Shown in pieces: positions 31,364 through 32,000 of a stretch of DNA of 32,000 nt. The translations under genes were made by a program, and so were the position numbers. The notes below the pieces were generated by a model. That model made no database searches and was not told where the DNA came from. It worked only from the letters and a program-made list of their open reading frames with translations. The stretch comes from Propionibacterium ruminifibrarum (GTDB taxonomy: Bacteria; Actinomycetota; Actinomycetes; Propionibacteriales; Propionibacteriaceae), in contig NZ_OMOH01000009.1 of NCBI RefSeq assembly GCF_900289195.1, forward strand, positions 1 to 32,000, written 5' to 3'. How positions within the stretch are numbered: the first letter of the stretch is position 1; the number at the start of each line of letters is the position of its first letter.

Positions 31364-32000
31364 TGAACACGCACATTCAGCGCCGCACGTTCGGTCTCGG
31401 CGCCCTCGCCGCGATCGCCGCCCTCGCCGGCTGCTCCTCCGATAACTCCGACGGCTCCGCGTCGTCCGGCTCGGGATCGTCCGCGTCCTCGGCCGCCGCG
31501 CAGGCCAGTTACCTCGTGCCCCGCGGTATGGCCGAGGGCATGGGCAGTGGCGTCGCCGACGGCGTCTGGCCGCGCACCGTCACCCACCACAAGGGGGAGA
31601 CGACGATCGAGGCCGAGCCGCAGCGGATCGTCGTCATCTCGACCGGCCAGCTCGACGTCGCCCTCACGATGGGGGTCGTGCCCGTCGGTTCCACCGGCGT
31701 CGACGGCTCCAGTGTGGTGCCGCAGTACCTCTACGACGCCTTCCCCGACGAGGCGTCCGGCCTGGACGCCATCACCTACGTCGGAAGCCGCACCGAGCCG
31801 AGCGTCGAGTCGATCGCGAACCTCGACGCCGATCTCATTCTCGTCAATTCCGCCGGCAAGAACATCGACACCCTCTACGAGAGCCTCACGGCCCTGGCAC
31901 CGACCATCGTCACGCAGGGCACCGGCCTGTACTGGAAGCAGGACTTCCAGCTCATCGCCGACGCCCTCGGCAAGCTCGGCCAGGCGCAGGACTGGCTCAC
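31363..32000 (+). CDS. iron-siderophore ABC transporter substrate-binding lipoprotein (partial, continues past the window)
   Basis: Hand translation: MNTHIQRRTFGLGALAAIAALAGCSSDNSDGS...WPRTVTHHKGETTIEAEPQRIVVISTGQLDVALTMGVVPVGS...DADLILVNSAG. It has a twin-Arg-like signal with lipobox LAGC and the FepB/FhuD-type pattern (IVxxxxxxxDxxxALGxxPVG). It is not in the track because no stop lies in the window. Confidence 0.85.
   Translation, partial: MNTHIQRRTFGLGALAAIAALAGCSSDNSDGSASSGSGSSASSAAAQASYLVPRGMAEGMGSGVADGVWPRTVTHHKGETTIEAEPQRIVVISTGQLDVALTMGVVPVGSTGVDGSSVVPQYLYDAFPDEASGLDAITYVGSRTEPSVESIANLDADLILVNSAGKNIDTLYESLTALAPTIVTQGTGLYWKQDFQLIADALGKLGQAQDWL

Noticed and set aside
1-32000. Search for CRISPR arrays, tRNA/rRNA genes, IS elements or transposase or integrase genes, toxin-antitoxin pairs, and known defence-system hallmarks
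   Set aside because: I found no spaced direct-repeat arrays, no cloverleaf-capable intergenic segment (all intergenic regions are under 400 bp and are accounted for by promoters or terminators), no DDE or tyrosine-recombinase-like translation in any frame, and no terminal inverted repeats flanking the lower-GC block.

Overview
High-GC, densely coding, actinobacterial-type chromosomal window. Hand-counted 60-nt lines give about 63-75% GC in most genes and about 52-60% in the sugar cluster. I found no rRNA, tRNA, CRISPR array, IS element or phage gene. Gene order, left to right: (1) a minus-strand, translationally coupled operon at 1-4819 encoding a divergent HSP90-family GHKL ATPase and two uncharacterised TPR-like helical proteins; (2) malQ (GH77 amylomaltase); (3) a minus-strand sugar cluster at 7110-15098 with a LacI-family regulator, a CUT2-type ABC transporter (lipoprotein SBP, double ATPase, permease), a GH35 beta-galactosidase and an unrecognisable 257-aa protein; (4) pntA-pntB transhydrogenase and rpiB; (5) a degenerate NadB-like flavoprotein; (6) an HxlR-family regulator divergent from a small operon of a frameshifted alpha/beta hydrolase, a MIF-like tautomerase and a Cys-less DsbA-like protein; (7) a 1467-aa fusion of two BcrA/HgdC-type activase ATPase domains with two HAD/BCR-like modules, a candidate fused PlsA-PlsR-type anaerobic plasmalogen synthase; (8) a class-A beta-lactamase-like lipoprotein; (9) two FecCD siderophore permeases divergent from a partial siderophore-binding lipoprotein. 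The best candidates for new biology are the HSP90-paralog/TPR operon, the orphan giant activase-dehydratase fusion and the HxlR-linked hydrolase/tautomerase/DsbA-like module. Several genes appear leaderless (TANNNT, then 6-7 nt, then the start codon). Several candidate operators are visible. Most long ORFs in the supplied track are antisense or alternative-frame shadow ORFs typical of high-GC DNA. All family assignments rest on motif recognition by eye; no searches were run.
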